From the NCBI GenBank assembly GCA_963924565.1, contig OZ004608.1:11160001-11224000 (forward strand): 64,000 nucleotides of DNA, written 5' to 3'. The position numbers and the translations under genes were made by a program. Positions 13,159-25,900 of the stretch are shown one piece after another. The stretch is from Ascidiella aspersa. Its lineage: Eukaryota. The notes under the pieces are model-generated. The model saw only the letters and a list, made by a program, of their open reading frames with translations. It was not told the origin of the DNA and ran no database searches. Positions within the stretch are counted from its first letter, which is position 1, and each line of letters opens with the position of its first letter.

Positions 13159-15559
13159 TTTAACTCCCCCCCCCTTTTACTCGCACTATTGAGGTGCGTA
13201 ATGGGCCTTTCTATAGTTTTTCATTTGGATTACAGGAAATGGATAACACGATGTGGCTTTCAAAACGGGGCCGTGAAGTTAAAACAAGGCATTCTCAAAA
13301 GATAAAGTTACGTAATGGTTTGGGTGCGAAATCCCAATTTTTACACTATTAAATACTTTTGTAAAAGTAATCAGTCAATAATGCTCAGTCACGGTTGGAA
13401 TTATTAAACGCTTTGTATATACGTGTTTAAAAAAGTAAAAAAATATTGCCTTTGTTCTTGTGTTTTTTAAAACAATCAAGCAGAACCTCGTAATATATAC
13501 GAACTAATTCATCACGTCAATGGTATGTCGTGATTGATCGCTATTTTTTAAATTATCCGATCTCCATATTACTTACTCGCTCACCCCGGAGGCAAAATAT
13601 TTAGCCACAATCGATATTTGACTTTTTGCCCGGTAATGTGTCAACCCTTTCCTCACTATATATTAACTTTGTTTGTGTGTAAATCCTTACGCTGAAGTTC
13701 GAATAACATGACTGCATTGACGTGTGGCCGTACACCGACAGCCACATAGGCGTGATAATGTGTTATGGGAACAAGGAATCGCCGGTAGCAGGTCAATTGG
13801 CCACTCTTGGTGGTATACACAAATTGTTAACAAAAAAATATAGCTTAAAAGCACTTTCTGTAATAGCGAATCTCTTCCACGGAATAAACTGTGAAATAAC
13901 GTTTTTTGCTTCCTATATATGTATAAATTTTGTTTTATACAACGAAACATAAATTTATGGTTATGTTTAAGAATTGGTTGCCGTTTTTTATCTGTTTGTA
14001 TATGAAACAGTTTTAAAATCTACAATTATTAAAGTTATATGTATGAAATACAAAGTAAATTGCTTCCTGCCCCTAAACTGGTATAAGATAGTCCAACGGA
14101 AAAAGTGTATTTTCTTTCCATTTCATAATATGTCGGGGCGTGGACGAAGCAATCCTAAAATCTGCTAGAGAAGGAAACTCAAACAGTATATGACGTAATC
14201 GTGATTTGGCCGTCGCTCTTAATGGCTCAAGTGCTGCTCTTCCAGCGGGCCAGGAATGGCAGGTATTCCGCAATCGCCGACCCAAGTTCGCATACTCGCG
14301 GTGGCCCCGGAGTCATAACACAACTTTCCCTCGGTGCGGATGTCGCGTTTCCCAAGTTGCCACTCGGTGCTTTCTGTTGTGAAAATCCGGACTGCTTTGC
14401 TACGGTTTTCGGTTCACGGAGGCCGCAAATGGAAATTCTTGGCCGCCGACAACGCGCGTTGACGCCCTCTCATCGGACTTGAGAGGGGTCTTGTACGCAT
14501 TCTTTGACAAAAGTTAAATGTGGTGTTTCAGCGCCAATATCCTATTGTCGAAAGCGCGTGACCCGACCGACACTTTTGCTCAACAACAGTTTTGCGCTAA
14601 AACGCAATTCGGTGCTATATAGCGCGTTGATATAACTGAACGTTTACTTTCATATACTCAGGCAATGTTTTGTGGCAATTCAGCATCTAAATAGGTCATA
14701 AAGTGAAACGAGAAACTTTAGTGCACAACGGGTGTGCCAGGTCTTTCTGTGTAGGCGGTTGCCTTAAAGCTATGTATGAGTTGAACTGTGCCCCACCCAA
14801 ACTTCTGACGAGTAGAGGATATCGATTCAATGTTGACTCATATTTCTAATTGGTCACTGTAATCCAATCTCGTTAGCTATGAACGCTTATTTTTACATGA
14901 AACCGTGTTTTGTGGTTTGCTAGCCAAATTGCCGCATTACACGACTTCCAAAACTGTACAGCCGCTTGTCTTCCATTCCAATTTCGAGGCATTTTCTCAC
15001 TACGAGGCGAAAAACCGGCCTTCCTTAAAAGTGGCTTCGCAAAAGTGGCCAAATGTTACGAATGCTTCGTTTCGGTTCGCTTGCTGACGGTCGCGTCAGG
15101 AAAAAACAGTCGGCCGTGTTTATGACAATGAACCCGCGTGTGGCGCCACCGTGTGTAAAAATCCGACGACGTTTCACAAGTGACGCAATTGCATAACTTT
15201 TCGGGGCTGATCGGTGAAAAAAGGCGCAACGGTCATCCAACTAAACTTTTTAAAAACTAATTCAGTTTCGTTGAGTGAAGAATAAATGCGAAACTACTAT
15301 GTTATAAATGCGAACTTGCTTATCCATAGTTTATAAAATTCTTGAATTTATATACAGAAATTCAGTAGAATCCGCCTTTTATGAATTTGACTTCATTTGT
15401 TGTATTTTTGTGCGTTTGATTTGATTTGACTTTTAGTATTGTAGTTTAACCCCTTTTACTATGTCATCCGCATTATGATATCCCATTTCATTTTCGGTCG
15501 TCCATATTCCCACAGTGGGAACGAAAAATCAGCGCCCCATCGACAGCAATTGTGTATTT

Positions 15560-16160
15560 ATTTTGCAGGGGAAGTTCCCGGGGTGCATGGGTGACGCCTG
15601 GGGGGCGACAGGTCCGTTACCTGACCCTGGGATTGTCGCCTGGGGCTCCAGGATTAGCTTGGGCGCTAAAATCGACGAACAAGAGGCGACAAGCGTCACA
15701 AGGGGTGTCGCGTGTCGCGCGGGAAGCAAGCGCTTCCGTTCTGCCGACGAACACAAACTCGTTTATGAACAAAGCATGACAGATAAAACGGCGGCTTTGA
15801 ATTTTGTCAATTAGCCCCTGCCCTGGCGCCGGCCGTCGCTGCCCCCGGGGCCGGGGCGCTTTGTCGCCTGGGACCTTTGGGACCCCGGAAAGTTGCCCCG
15901 AACCGCGTTCGCTTTGTTGTCACACAGAGTTGCACGTCACGAACAAATTAGCGCAATAGGAAGTGGAGGTGTTTGCGGTCTTGGACATACAACTGATGCG
16001 AGCTTGTTTTCTGCCCGCCCCGCCCACTCGAGCCGCGCTTTGGTAAACCGGTCCGATGGAGAAGCGCCCCGACCGCGGTCGAACCTGATACCAACCCGAT
16101 GCTCTTCAAATAGACTTTGCGACGTGGGAGGCCGGAAGGCGACACTGGGATACAACCGCT
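15560..16160. promoter_or_regulatory. Enhancer-like GC-rich island with clustered AP-2-like and Sox-like motifs
   Basis: GCCTGGGGC (15638), GCCCCCGGGGC (15841), GCCTGGGGG (15596); multiple ACAA/TTGT cores; no credible ORF or splice structure. Confidence 0.4.
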
Positions 16161-18103
16161 GGAAAACAATTTTTGTATAATGCAAAACTGTTTTTTTTTT
16201 TGTAGTGGAAACACGTGTTTTCGATACTGCCTAAAAAAGTTTTATACTCAATCTTTGTGTATTTCATTTTAAAACGGACTTAACATATTGAAATGAATGC
16301 CTTGTACTAATAAATTACATGTCTCCGATTGTTTTGTGGAAAAAACAACTTGTTATGACAACTGGTCAGATGTTAGAAATAACTTTCAGCTTCAAGCACT
16401 ATTTTTTAGTTTTTAATCCCGAATGAAACATATTTGTCCACAAAGCAATACAAATTTAAACTTGAAAATAATTAAATAAACCTACATGTTTTTAATTTGG
16501 TGGATCCAAGTACCAAAATCGGCGATATAGGAAAAATAGAAAAAACATTAAAAACTGGATTTTACTTGTTGCCTAACAAAAAAAATAGAAACTAAGAATG
16601 AGAACAATTACATTCCGACTTTTATAAGTGATGCTTTGATTTAGGCTACTTCTCAATGACATTAACTGAAGATGATACAAGTTCGTATCAAAACGTCTTA
16701 ATCAAATCAAGATGATCTCAATCTACTCGACCTTTTTGTCTTTGCAATTCATTATTATCAATCTACAATGCAGATCCGTACATAGTGTACCCCCAAAAAA
16801 ATTGTTTTAAAAATCCTGAAGAAACACAATGAATGGTCAGTCGGTCACTCAATAAAGTAACGCATCAAGTCAAACAAAAGGCCCATTAGATCCAGAATAT
16901 TATTGGATTTTAATGACCATGTCCAAGCTCATAAATTGTCAATAAAAAATTTCCTGTGGGAAAATTGTTGACAAACCACAGTTCGCCATTAGGGCGCAAA
17001 TACGATCCGTCACTGTACAACTACACACAGGATGCCGGTGAAATGACCACACAGTGAAATGTCGCAAAAGCGCGAAAATATGTTGTCATTTCCCATGCAT
17101 GTCCAATCCATCGTTGTGCAACACTTGTCGTGTTGTCGGCCCACCATTGGCTAATAAAGGAACGACAAGGGTCAATAATCTCAGCCAGTCATGTTTACGT
17201 CCGTTCAACTCCGTGTTTTCGGGTCCCAGGCGACCACATGCCATGAACCCGCACGAACGCAAATCGACCCAAGGATCGATCTTTACTTTGGTGCTTTCTA
17301 ATTGTTGGCCTGAAAGTGGCCAGTTTCAAGGGCTACTTTGGAAACCAACGGTTCACGGTTTACTTGCGGCAAAACTGTTTTGTGTTATAGTTCCTATACC
17401 GTATACCGCGGTGATTCTTTCACTGCTGTGGGTATAATAACCGTCAAATATACAGATTAAGCTAGTACAAAATAGTTTGTTTGCAAATTCGGATGTTATG
17501 CGATAAATATATTTCTCTCCTATAAGCATCATAATTATCTTATTCAAAAAGAAACCAGAATCGTTTATTTTTTACCATTCGGATTGAGACAGATTTATTT
17601 CTTCGAACGAGAATTCTGATTAACCGTTAAGGGTGAAATTTTTTATGGTAACTTTGTTATGGTGTAAATTTAATGATGGCCTCTTTGGCCGCCTAATAGT
17701 ACCAATGCGGTTTGGGCTTTCAGTTGTTTTAAACTTTGAGCTCCAATTGAAAGCAAATTGTCACGCCGTGCTTGTTTTCTTATCCAAATAAATTTTTGGA
17801 GGTTTTAAATTGTTACCCTATTGTAAGAAAAATGTATAGATTTTTTACTTACAACCTATAGCTAAAATTTTTGAAAACACTGCTTTTCCGGTTTATGAGC
17901 CTCGTTGCTCTCCACGCTTTGCGTAACGTTTATATTTGTTAACCGCCTAAAAAATGATAAAAACAAATGAAATCAAATGTTCTTCTTCAAGCCCAAGGGT
18001 ATATTATAAAACGTCTGAAGCAACCGAGAAAATTATGATTTTTACGTTTTTATACTCACAGCTTACGTTTTTATAATTAATATTAATGTTTAAAGCAATA
18101 GAG

Positions 18104-18411
18104 CAGTGCCCCCCAACCAGTGAGTCGCGAAGCAGTTCTAAATGTTACACTGTTCTATTAGAGCGGGAAATTATTGCATTACCATTACGTAACATTTATG
18201 CAACAGTGCAACAAATACTGTATGTAATAGTTAGATGTGTTGTGTCGCATTAACTATTTCAGTACGTACGCCAGTAGTGAAAATGCAGGTTTTATGTAAA
18301 TGTTAATTTTATTTCATCATTAATTTGTATTTTTATTCGTTTGGTCATATCTCATTGTGGGTCTAAAACATTAAAAGAGAGTCGCGAACTGAAAAAGGTT
18401 GAAAAGAACTG
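18104..18411. mobile_element. hAT-type MITE
   Basis: Ends CAGTGCCCCCCAACC / GGTTGAAAAGAACTG, subterminal GAGTCGCGAA on both sides, TSD CAATAGAG / CACTACAG (6/8); homologous inverted copy at 9261. Confidence 0.7.
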
Positions 18412-19489
18412 CACTACAGGTTTGAAGGCTTTGCACCGGCATAATTGCGCACCAACACCTTAAAAAAAATCAAAGCGAAAAAGAGGATCTTTCTTGAGTG
18501 TCAAGCGAGCCCGAAGCCCGATTCGGCGAAAATGGCGCCGTTTTACAGACTGCCTCGACTCCGTCGCTTCCTTCCTTCCGCGAAAGACCGCTGGGAATCG
18601 GGCTTCGTGGTTCACACGGCTCGAAGTGCCGTAAACCGCTGCTTACACGACTTGTCGTGTTACCGCCGTTGCTGGTAATTAATGCGAGTTGTTTTCGCGC
18701 GTCGCCGAATTTTTTCGCCGTGTCCCCCTGAACGTGATATTCGATTTTCTTCTCGTCGCCGAATAATGTCCGTCGCTTTTTGTGTCGCGCGTGTTTCAAC
18801 TCTATCGATTTCATGATTTCGTGGGAAATTTTTTGATGTCGCTGGAAAGCGGCCAATTGTCTTGGAACGATTAAGTACAAGTTCCAAGCAAAGGTTTTCT
18901 TGGAAATGACACAGAATACCTTTTTGTTTAATATTCAGTTAAAAAACGGGAAATAAAAGTATTTTTATAATGAATATTGGTTTAAAAAGTAGACCCAGAG
19001 TATGGCGTTACCTTGTAATTTTTTAGTTTTAGACAAGAATAGTGGTAAAATATTATTTTGATAATAGGCAAAGTAATTTACTGAAAAAAACTTGTTTGAC
19101 AATATTCCAAATTGATTTTTTTGTGATATAATTTTAGAAATATAATATTTGCAACACACTTCAAACATGAGCGATTTTTTATTTATGCAGATTTGAACAA
19201 AACACTATAACTGCATATTAGCCTACATAAGATTGTGTTAGCCAATCTTTATTGACTTGCTGTGCACATTATAAATCCCTTGCTTTAATTATATTTTTAT
19301 GGGTTTATATATTTAAGACAAGGGAATTTTTTTGAGGGCTCAGGTACCTCAGGGTTAGTGGGGTTAGCTTTTGGTTTTACCTAATGCCCCCCTCCCAGCA
19401 ATCCAACAAGCGTTAATAAGCGTGAATCCCGAAGTGGCCAGGCCCGAGCAGACACAGTCTGATGCAGTGACCCGCGGGTCCACCTTCCC

Positions 19490-19900
19490 TTTCCAACTGG
19501 AAGCCAATCAGACACGGTGCTTCCTTTTTTGTAATAAGGTTATTCCTGCTGTCCGGCATTCACTCACTCACTCGCCCATTCAGTCGCTTACTTGCTCGCC
19601 GAGCCATCAGCTCCGACGTCAATTTCCTGAGCAAGAATGGGCGGGCACTCGACGAAAAACACGCGGTTTATATTTTTCGCAGATCGGGTTTCGCCTCTTC
19701 CAGCTTCCGCGCGCGTGTCCCTCGCCCGATTTCCCAGACGCAGCAGTCGTCGCTGTCGGCATATTTTCCTCACGGTGCCAACGCTGGCAAACTGTACAGG
19801 ACGACCGACGCTTGTTTTTGCTGCCATTTCTTGGCAGACAGGTGAACGTTTTATACAGCTTATTTTTTTCTACAAATTAAATTGCAACAGGTAAAAGTCC
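19490..19900 (+). promoter_or_regulatory. Promoter-like CpG island with possible first exon of an unannotated transcript
   Basis: AGCCAATCAG (CCAAT at 19504), a pyrimidine-rich (CACT)n run with initiator-like TCAGT at 19580, and candidate donors CAG|gtgaac (19841) and CAG|gtaaaa (19890). No transcript evidence available. Confidence 0.35.
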
Positions 19901-20776
19901 GTTGGCACGTCGTCGTGAAAGCCCGACAAAATTAGCGTCCTCGGAAAAATCACCTCCAAAAACAGAGATAAAGTTTGGTTTCGAAAAATTAAACATCCTC
20001 AAACACAATTCTAGCTATAATATTTTCTATATAGCTTAATAATGGATTTGACAATACAGATGTGTGCATATAGTTTACCCAGTTTTTTGGTGTCCATTAC
20101 AGTATAGCATTCAGGCTTTTCCATATAGGTTTTTAACCAACGTGCACCAAGGATAAATAAGTGGCGAGTACGAATCTATTTTTGTCGATGTTTCCCTCAT
20201 TTGTTGTTTTGTAATTTAAGAGGCGTTTCATTAAAACTAAAAAAGGCGGTGGCGCAAAAAAATGACCAACAAACCCCGAGTAAATTTAACAGAATTTTAA
20301 AGCAAAATAAAAATAAAATCAAATAAAACGTTACAAAAAAACTTTTACTCGGAAAATGGTCACTGCGAGCGTCTATTGTTAAGAATGGTAGGAAATTCCT
20401 CTGCATTCCTAACTTACACAGGCAAATTTCCCACCGCCCCTTGTAATTGTCCACATTATTTCCAGACAGTACTCGGATCAGCTAAAAACGAAAAAAGGCC
20501 AGTCCACTCCAGTTCCAAGACTGTCGCTGAGCTTCAAAGAACAAAGCGGAATGGAATACAAGAAGTTGGACGACGCGCGTTCCAAAGGCCTGGATGTCGT
20601 CATGGATTGAGTCTGTTTCGGTGACCGCTGGGAAAGCGACCAACTCCACATTTTTGTCGCATTATTCGGTGTTTTTAGGACTTGCATGGTCGCTTCAAAT
20701 TTAAAAGTAGTAGGGGCGTTTTACCCCGCATTTCGTGTGGCTATTATTCGCTTTAAAATTCAGGTCTTCAACAAAA

Positions 20777-21003
20777 CAGTATTGTAAAAAGTCATCTTGA
20801 AATACAAGTCAAAGACCCTCATTTGTAAAAACACTTAAATCCAAGTCAAGGACACAAAACGCAACATATAGCAAGTAAATTGTTTATGTGCAAAAAACCT
20901 TAGTCTAGTCATTTATTCAAAAGACTTAAGTCAAGTCAAGTCATTTAAAAACAGTGCCTCAAGTCAAGTCATGTCATTGACTTAAATCATCATTACAACA
21001 CTG
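20777..21003. mobile_element. CAAGT-repeat MITE (same family as 28714-28913)
   Basis: TIRs CAGTATTGTAA / TTACAACACTG, internal CAAGTCAAGTC repeats, shared CATTTGTAAAA...CTTAA segment. Confidence 0.75.
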
Positions 21004-21472
21004 CAGAAAAGCTGGCACCATTAAAATGGCCACTAACACTGGACCGTTTTTGCAACGACTATAGAGAGATGGGGGCGGCCAGCTTGCCTTCGGACCCCTC
21101 GTGAGCCGAGGTGCGAAAATCCTGGCGACTTTCAAGCGAATTGCAAGGTGTCGCTTTACAGCCGCCAAAGTGTCGACGTCACCGCCCCCGTACCCTGCAC
21201 CTGCCGCCAATAAATACAACAAAGCGGCAGCACTTGGCCGCACAGAGGCAACTCGATAGGGTTTTATCGGCCCGGCCAATGTGTACACCTTTACAGGCAC
21301 CGTGGGCACGGGGAATTTTTCGGGGTCTGCGGCTCGGCTAAGTTGCATCAAGTAATTTTAATTGGCGAGGGTAAAATGAACTTGTGTCACGGAAATTCTG
21401 GAGTTGTTTTTATTAAAATCGTTGTTGATGTTTTTATTGCTTTTTTAAAATTGGGGAGGGAGGTTATTTAAG

Positions 21473-21718
21473 CAGTATTTTTCAATCTGTAAGGCAAATT
21501 TTCATTCAAATAAAGTCGTGCAATAAATATAAGCTTTAATAAATAAAAAAAGGAGCTGTGTTGATGCTAAAAAGTAATTATCAAAAATAATAATGTCACA
21601 AGATAACAATAGTTTATTTGTTCTAATGGTTATTTGTGCTTCTGTACATCGTTTAATTTGATAACATTTTTTTATTTTTGAAAGGAGGAACTGAGCCCAT
21701 ATAACTGAAAAAGCACTG
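21473..21718. mobile_element. Possible degraded hAT-type MITE
   Basis: Imperfect TIRs CAGTATTTTTCA / TGAAAAAGCACTG around an AT-rich core; no TSD. Confidence 0.35.
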
Positions 21719-22884
21719 TTGCACAGGCTATCTTGGGTATTCGTTCTAAGTAGTTTTACTTTTTTACAATGCCATAACTTCTGCCAGCAGACAAATGGAT
21801 ATATGTGTTTTATTATTTTGCATTAATTTTCACTCTGGCCTTCAAACGGTATTCTGAGCTGGTTAAATATTTAGCTAAACGACATAAACCCGTGTAATTA
21901 AAATAAATCGTCTCTTTTGCAAAACAAATTAGTTTCTGTGTTCATAGTATAACGTATACTTCCATGCAAAATCGTGGTATTTTGCGCATTGAGTAAATCA
22001 TAACCTACGTCGTTTTTTAGAAAATTTTAATCTTCAAAATATTTTTAAACAAAATGGCACCAGGCAACATTGGAAAGTCATCGATTTGTGGTTTATTGAG
22101 CAATTTATTACACATGTTTTACATTTGCCTAACTGAATTCAATGCTTGTCAACCGGTGGTTACGAAGTATAGCAAACAAAAAATAACAGCAGTTTGCGTG
22201 CTGCAGTCGCGTGTCATGCGGTCGAGTAAGCCTGGAAAACAAATACAAAACCAGATATTGCCTATTAGTCAACTGTATTTTGAACGAGTTCACTGTTCCC
22301 TGTTCCCCAAATTTACAAATCACTTAGCAGTTGATGGACGGCATACACAACTTGTTGTTGGTACAAAATTGGTGGATGCTCAGGCAAAGAAAAGCACATT
22401 TAATTTCAAAATATTTCTGAAATTTTTTTCATGTATAAAAAATACAAGATTTCCGTCAATTTGTTTACGGCCAATGTATAGACATTTCCGGCTTTCCTTT
22501 AGAAAGCCATGCTTTCGTGTAACTTCCCATATCCTGTCCAGGGGTATTGCCACTTCATGGCAGCTAGGAAAATAGCTAAAAAGTCAAGTGTTTTTTCCCG
22601 CTCCTTGTGCAAAAAAGCGAGACGGCTACATAATTGGTCCTGAACATCATAAACGAAAGCAAGAAGATCGGAGCGGGTTGTTTCTGTTCAGCGGATATTT
22701 CAACCGGTTCTACGAGGATCTGAGAGGTCATTACAGTCGGGAATCGAAAAAAAAAACAATGTAAATTTCACAAAAAGTGAAGCTTTAATAAGTTCAAACA
22801 ACTATTCATATACTTTATATCGCATGTATTTCTAAAATAGGGAATATTATGTTTGCTTTAGTCATTCGAACCTAAATCAGATGT

Positions 22885-22907
22885 CCCTCCCCCCCCCCCC
22901 CCCCCCC
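22885..22907. repeat. Poly-C tract
   Basis: Run of ~19 consecutive C preceded by CCCT. Confidence 0.85.
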
Positions 22908-25900
22908 GGCGTTCCTGGTATCCTTGTTGGTTGTGATTGCTACATGTATCACCATAATAAAAGGATTCGGCCTTTTACTTTCAAACCAATAAATAAACGA
23001 AAAACAACTCAACAGAGGCACTTAGTTCCCGGCTTGTTCCCACCGGCCTTCTCAGCCGGGCGTTATGTCGCATTTCGCCAAAAAGCCCTTTGTGTGCGCA
23101 GGTGTCGCTTCACCGAGTCGCTTTTCGCGTCACTCGATAGGCGCGACTCGCCGCTTGATAATAAGCGACCGACAACCCGCCGACGTGTCGCGCCATTGTT
23201 CCGAGGTGTGAAGTTATAAAAATGTTTGTGTTTCTCAGCGGCGTTGATTTGTGCCGCGCCGGAATGGAACGTCGCGTCCCATTGTCTTGAACACCCATCC
23301 CAGTGATGCACCTCCCCCCCTAGTTGAGGCGACGATGGATGTTTATTTGAAAAGGCGACAAAGGAGAGTTTCCTGTTTTCCTCTCGTCGGCTACTTCTGT
23401 TAGCCGACTGTTTACTTGCCTCTTGTTGCTGTTTATATCTTGTTTGCCGCTGTCGTTTGAACGGGCAATCGTCAAACCATTACTACAAAGCAAAAGGGTG
23501 CTCTTCGAATTTCTTCCAGACCAATTGTATTGTTAAGGGAACCTTACATTGATTTTTTTTGTTTGTAATAATTTAGTGTGGGGCTGGTATAGTTCTTCGG
23601 AATATTATAACCGCCAAATAAATTTACATAAACGCAACGTAACAAAATCCGATTAAAATTATGGTTATCAAGCTACATTCCAACAAAATTAAATGACATT
23701 AAACACAATTTAAAAATTCCATTGTTTAACTTGCACACTCGATGTGGCTGATCCAAGTAATAAATCTACTAAATTGAAAATACGTTTCAAGTTGCTTTAC
23801 ATTGATTTAAGTAACGTTAGAAGTTACATAAATATTAATCATGTGTTAAAGTCTACAACTAGAACAGATGCGGTATTTCGTCATTATAAGGCACCTGTAT
23901 AAGTCGCCTTTAGCAGTAAGTTTAGCAGTAACATCGCCAGAAACGAGTATTTGTCTTGCAACGAAGCGCCGCTGCTTATGCCAGGAGCTGCCAGGCCCTT
24001 GATCTTGTGTGTTGGGGTTATGCAAACTTCGCAACCCCGTCGGCAACCCGATAGCGCCGGGTCGGCCTGGCGAATTAGCAAAGCGCGAGCGAATACTTTC
24101 GCAAAACTGGAGCGACAGAAATGACAACAAGCTGCTGTTGGCGCAACAACGCCGAGATCTCCCACACACGTTGACATTGGCTCGGTTTACAAGGATACCC
24201 TCGCCGTTTGTGAGTTTCCACCCTGGTAAGCAAAGTAGAAAAGCGCCCCTCACTTGTTTCCACCCTTTAAGACGTGATAAAATGCCTACGCCAAGCGGGT
24301 GGATTACAATAGTAGTCGACTGAGGCGGTCATGAAAAACTAGCCAAATGTAAGCTTCAAATTGGGGATTACAACATCGCGCGCGCTCCTGCTAACACCTA
24401 ATTTGTCAAGTCGAACGCAATGATGGTATAGCTGAGGCTGTGTCGCGTTTAACTGGGTCGCGTTTGCCGCGAAAGGCGATACGCCCGCTTCGTTCCTGAG
24501 CCTGTAGCTCGGTCGCGGATCAACGCTAAGCATATATGAAAAAATTGGATCGAGGCGTGACCCCGACCCGTCGACCTTTGAACCTTGGCGCAGTGTGAGT
24601 CGCGTAATTCGGCGCGAGTGTTGCCTCCAACAGTTTGAGCGCTAACGGGGGCCTCGGAGGGCAGACTGGTCCGCTGCCAAGAATAACGACACGGTTAAAG
24701 TTCTCCTGTCAAATTAGCTGTCAGCGGCAGGACAGGCTCTCAAGTTGTTTTGGGCTGCTAGTTGACTAATCTTCTCGTCGATGGAGGTAGTTTGGAATCG
24801 GTATAGGTTCGTACAACGTACTTTTGGATAGGCATCGACATTAGGGCAAAAAGACTTAGCATTTGTTTATCATAATATTGCCGTGTTTGTCCTCTTTGGG
24901 ACGCAACAAATTTTCGGGACTATTTTGCGGTCATCTAGCCTTTTAGACAAGACCATCCATCAAGGTGTTGATTTGTACGCAAATGCACGAACAAAAGGCG
25001 TTTTCATAAACAAAATTTCCCTTCATTGTCACGTATGAATTCAAAACACACTTTTTACATTAGCTGAAACGGCGTTATTGTTATAACAAACGCTGTAAAG
25101 TTGGAATTTGCAAATAGGGCAATAAATTATCCATTACACTTTCCAAAGAGAGCCATAAAGTCCGCTCTGTTATTTTCCTACAGTCTACACTTTCACGGAA
25201 CGTTTCAAATAAATGGCACAGCTATGAAACAGCTTTAAAAGCAAATAGTCCTGGATCGTTAACTACAACAACGTCAAGTCATTGCGGTTAGTGTGGCCAA
25301 GTGCATTTCCAAACAGGCGCACCCGGTGCCCTTTCAAACACAATATGAGAGCTTTCAAAATTTGGGCAACTTTCTGAAATGATTTACGACCTACCTTTTA
25401 GGATATCGCGATTAAAAACATGCCAAGCAGGGCGTTTTGTATCGAAAAGGGCACACGGCCACTTTTATAGCGTCTGGAGTATTTTTAACCTGTTAAATCA
25501 ATGGAGACTGAGCTGACCAATTCGAAAGTGTAAAGGGTATTTTATACACGATTTTGTTCACTCTTTTAACTGTCACAAAAAACACTGGGATTTTTCCATG
25601 TTGTATTTTTACACTATTTATCAGTTCTGAAATATCACGAAAACCACATCAAATAAAGGTACCGTGCTGGCATTTTTGCCGAAACGACTTGGCAATTGCG
25701 CCGCGCTCAAATCGACTTCACCCAAGAGCCGAGGTTGGCTTAAAGGCGACCACAGGAGCTCAGCACGAAGCGAGAGTTCATCGCACCAGCAAAAACAAGC
25801 TTATGCCGAGACCGCACTCCCGCGCCTTTAAAACAACCGCTCCACGGCAAAAGTCATCATTTGACACATAAGTCGACTCGCTATATCGCTTTCGGCGCGG

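Noticed and set aside
18470-18880. 136-aa minus-strand ORF
   Set aside because: TTG start, no recognisable domain, overlapping ORFs in several frames as expected in a GC-rich island, and no consistent exon chain.
22054-22763. 173-aa ORF and a following ~60-codon open stretch (…SGYFNRFYEDLRGHYSRESKKKTM*)
   Set aside because: No domain and no convincing paired splice sites; compatible with chance.
24780-24840. GAGGTAGT let-7-like seed
   Set aside because: The rest does not match let-7 and no complementary arm is visible; other miRNA seed hits (TAAGGCAC, TAATACTG, TATTGCAC) also lacked mature-sequence matches.
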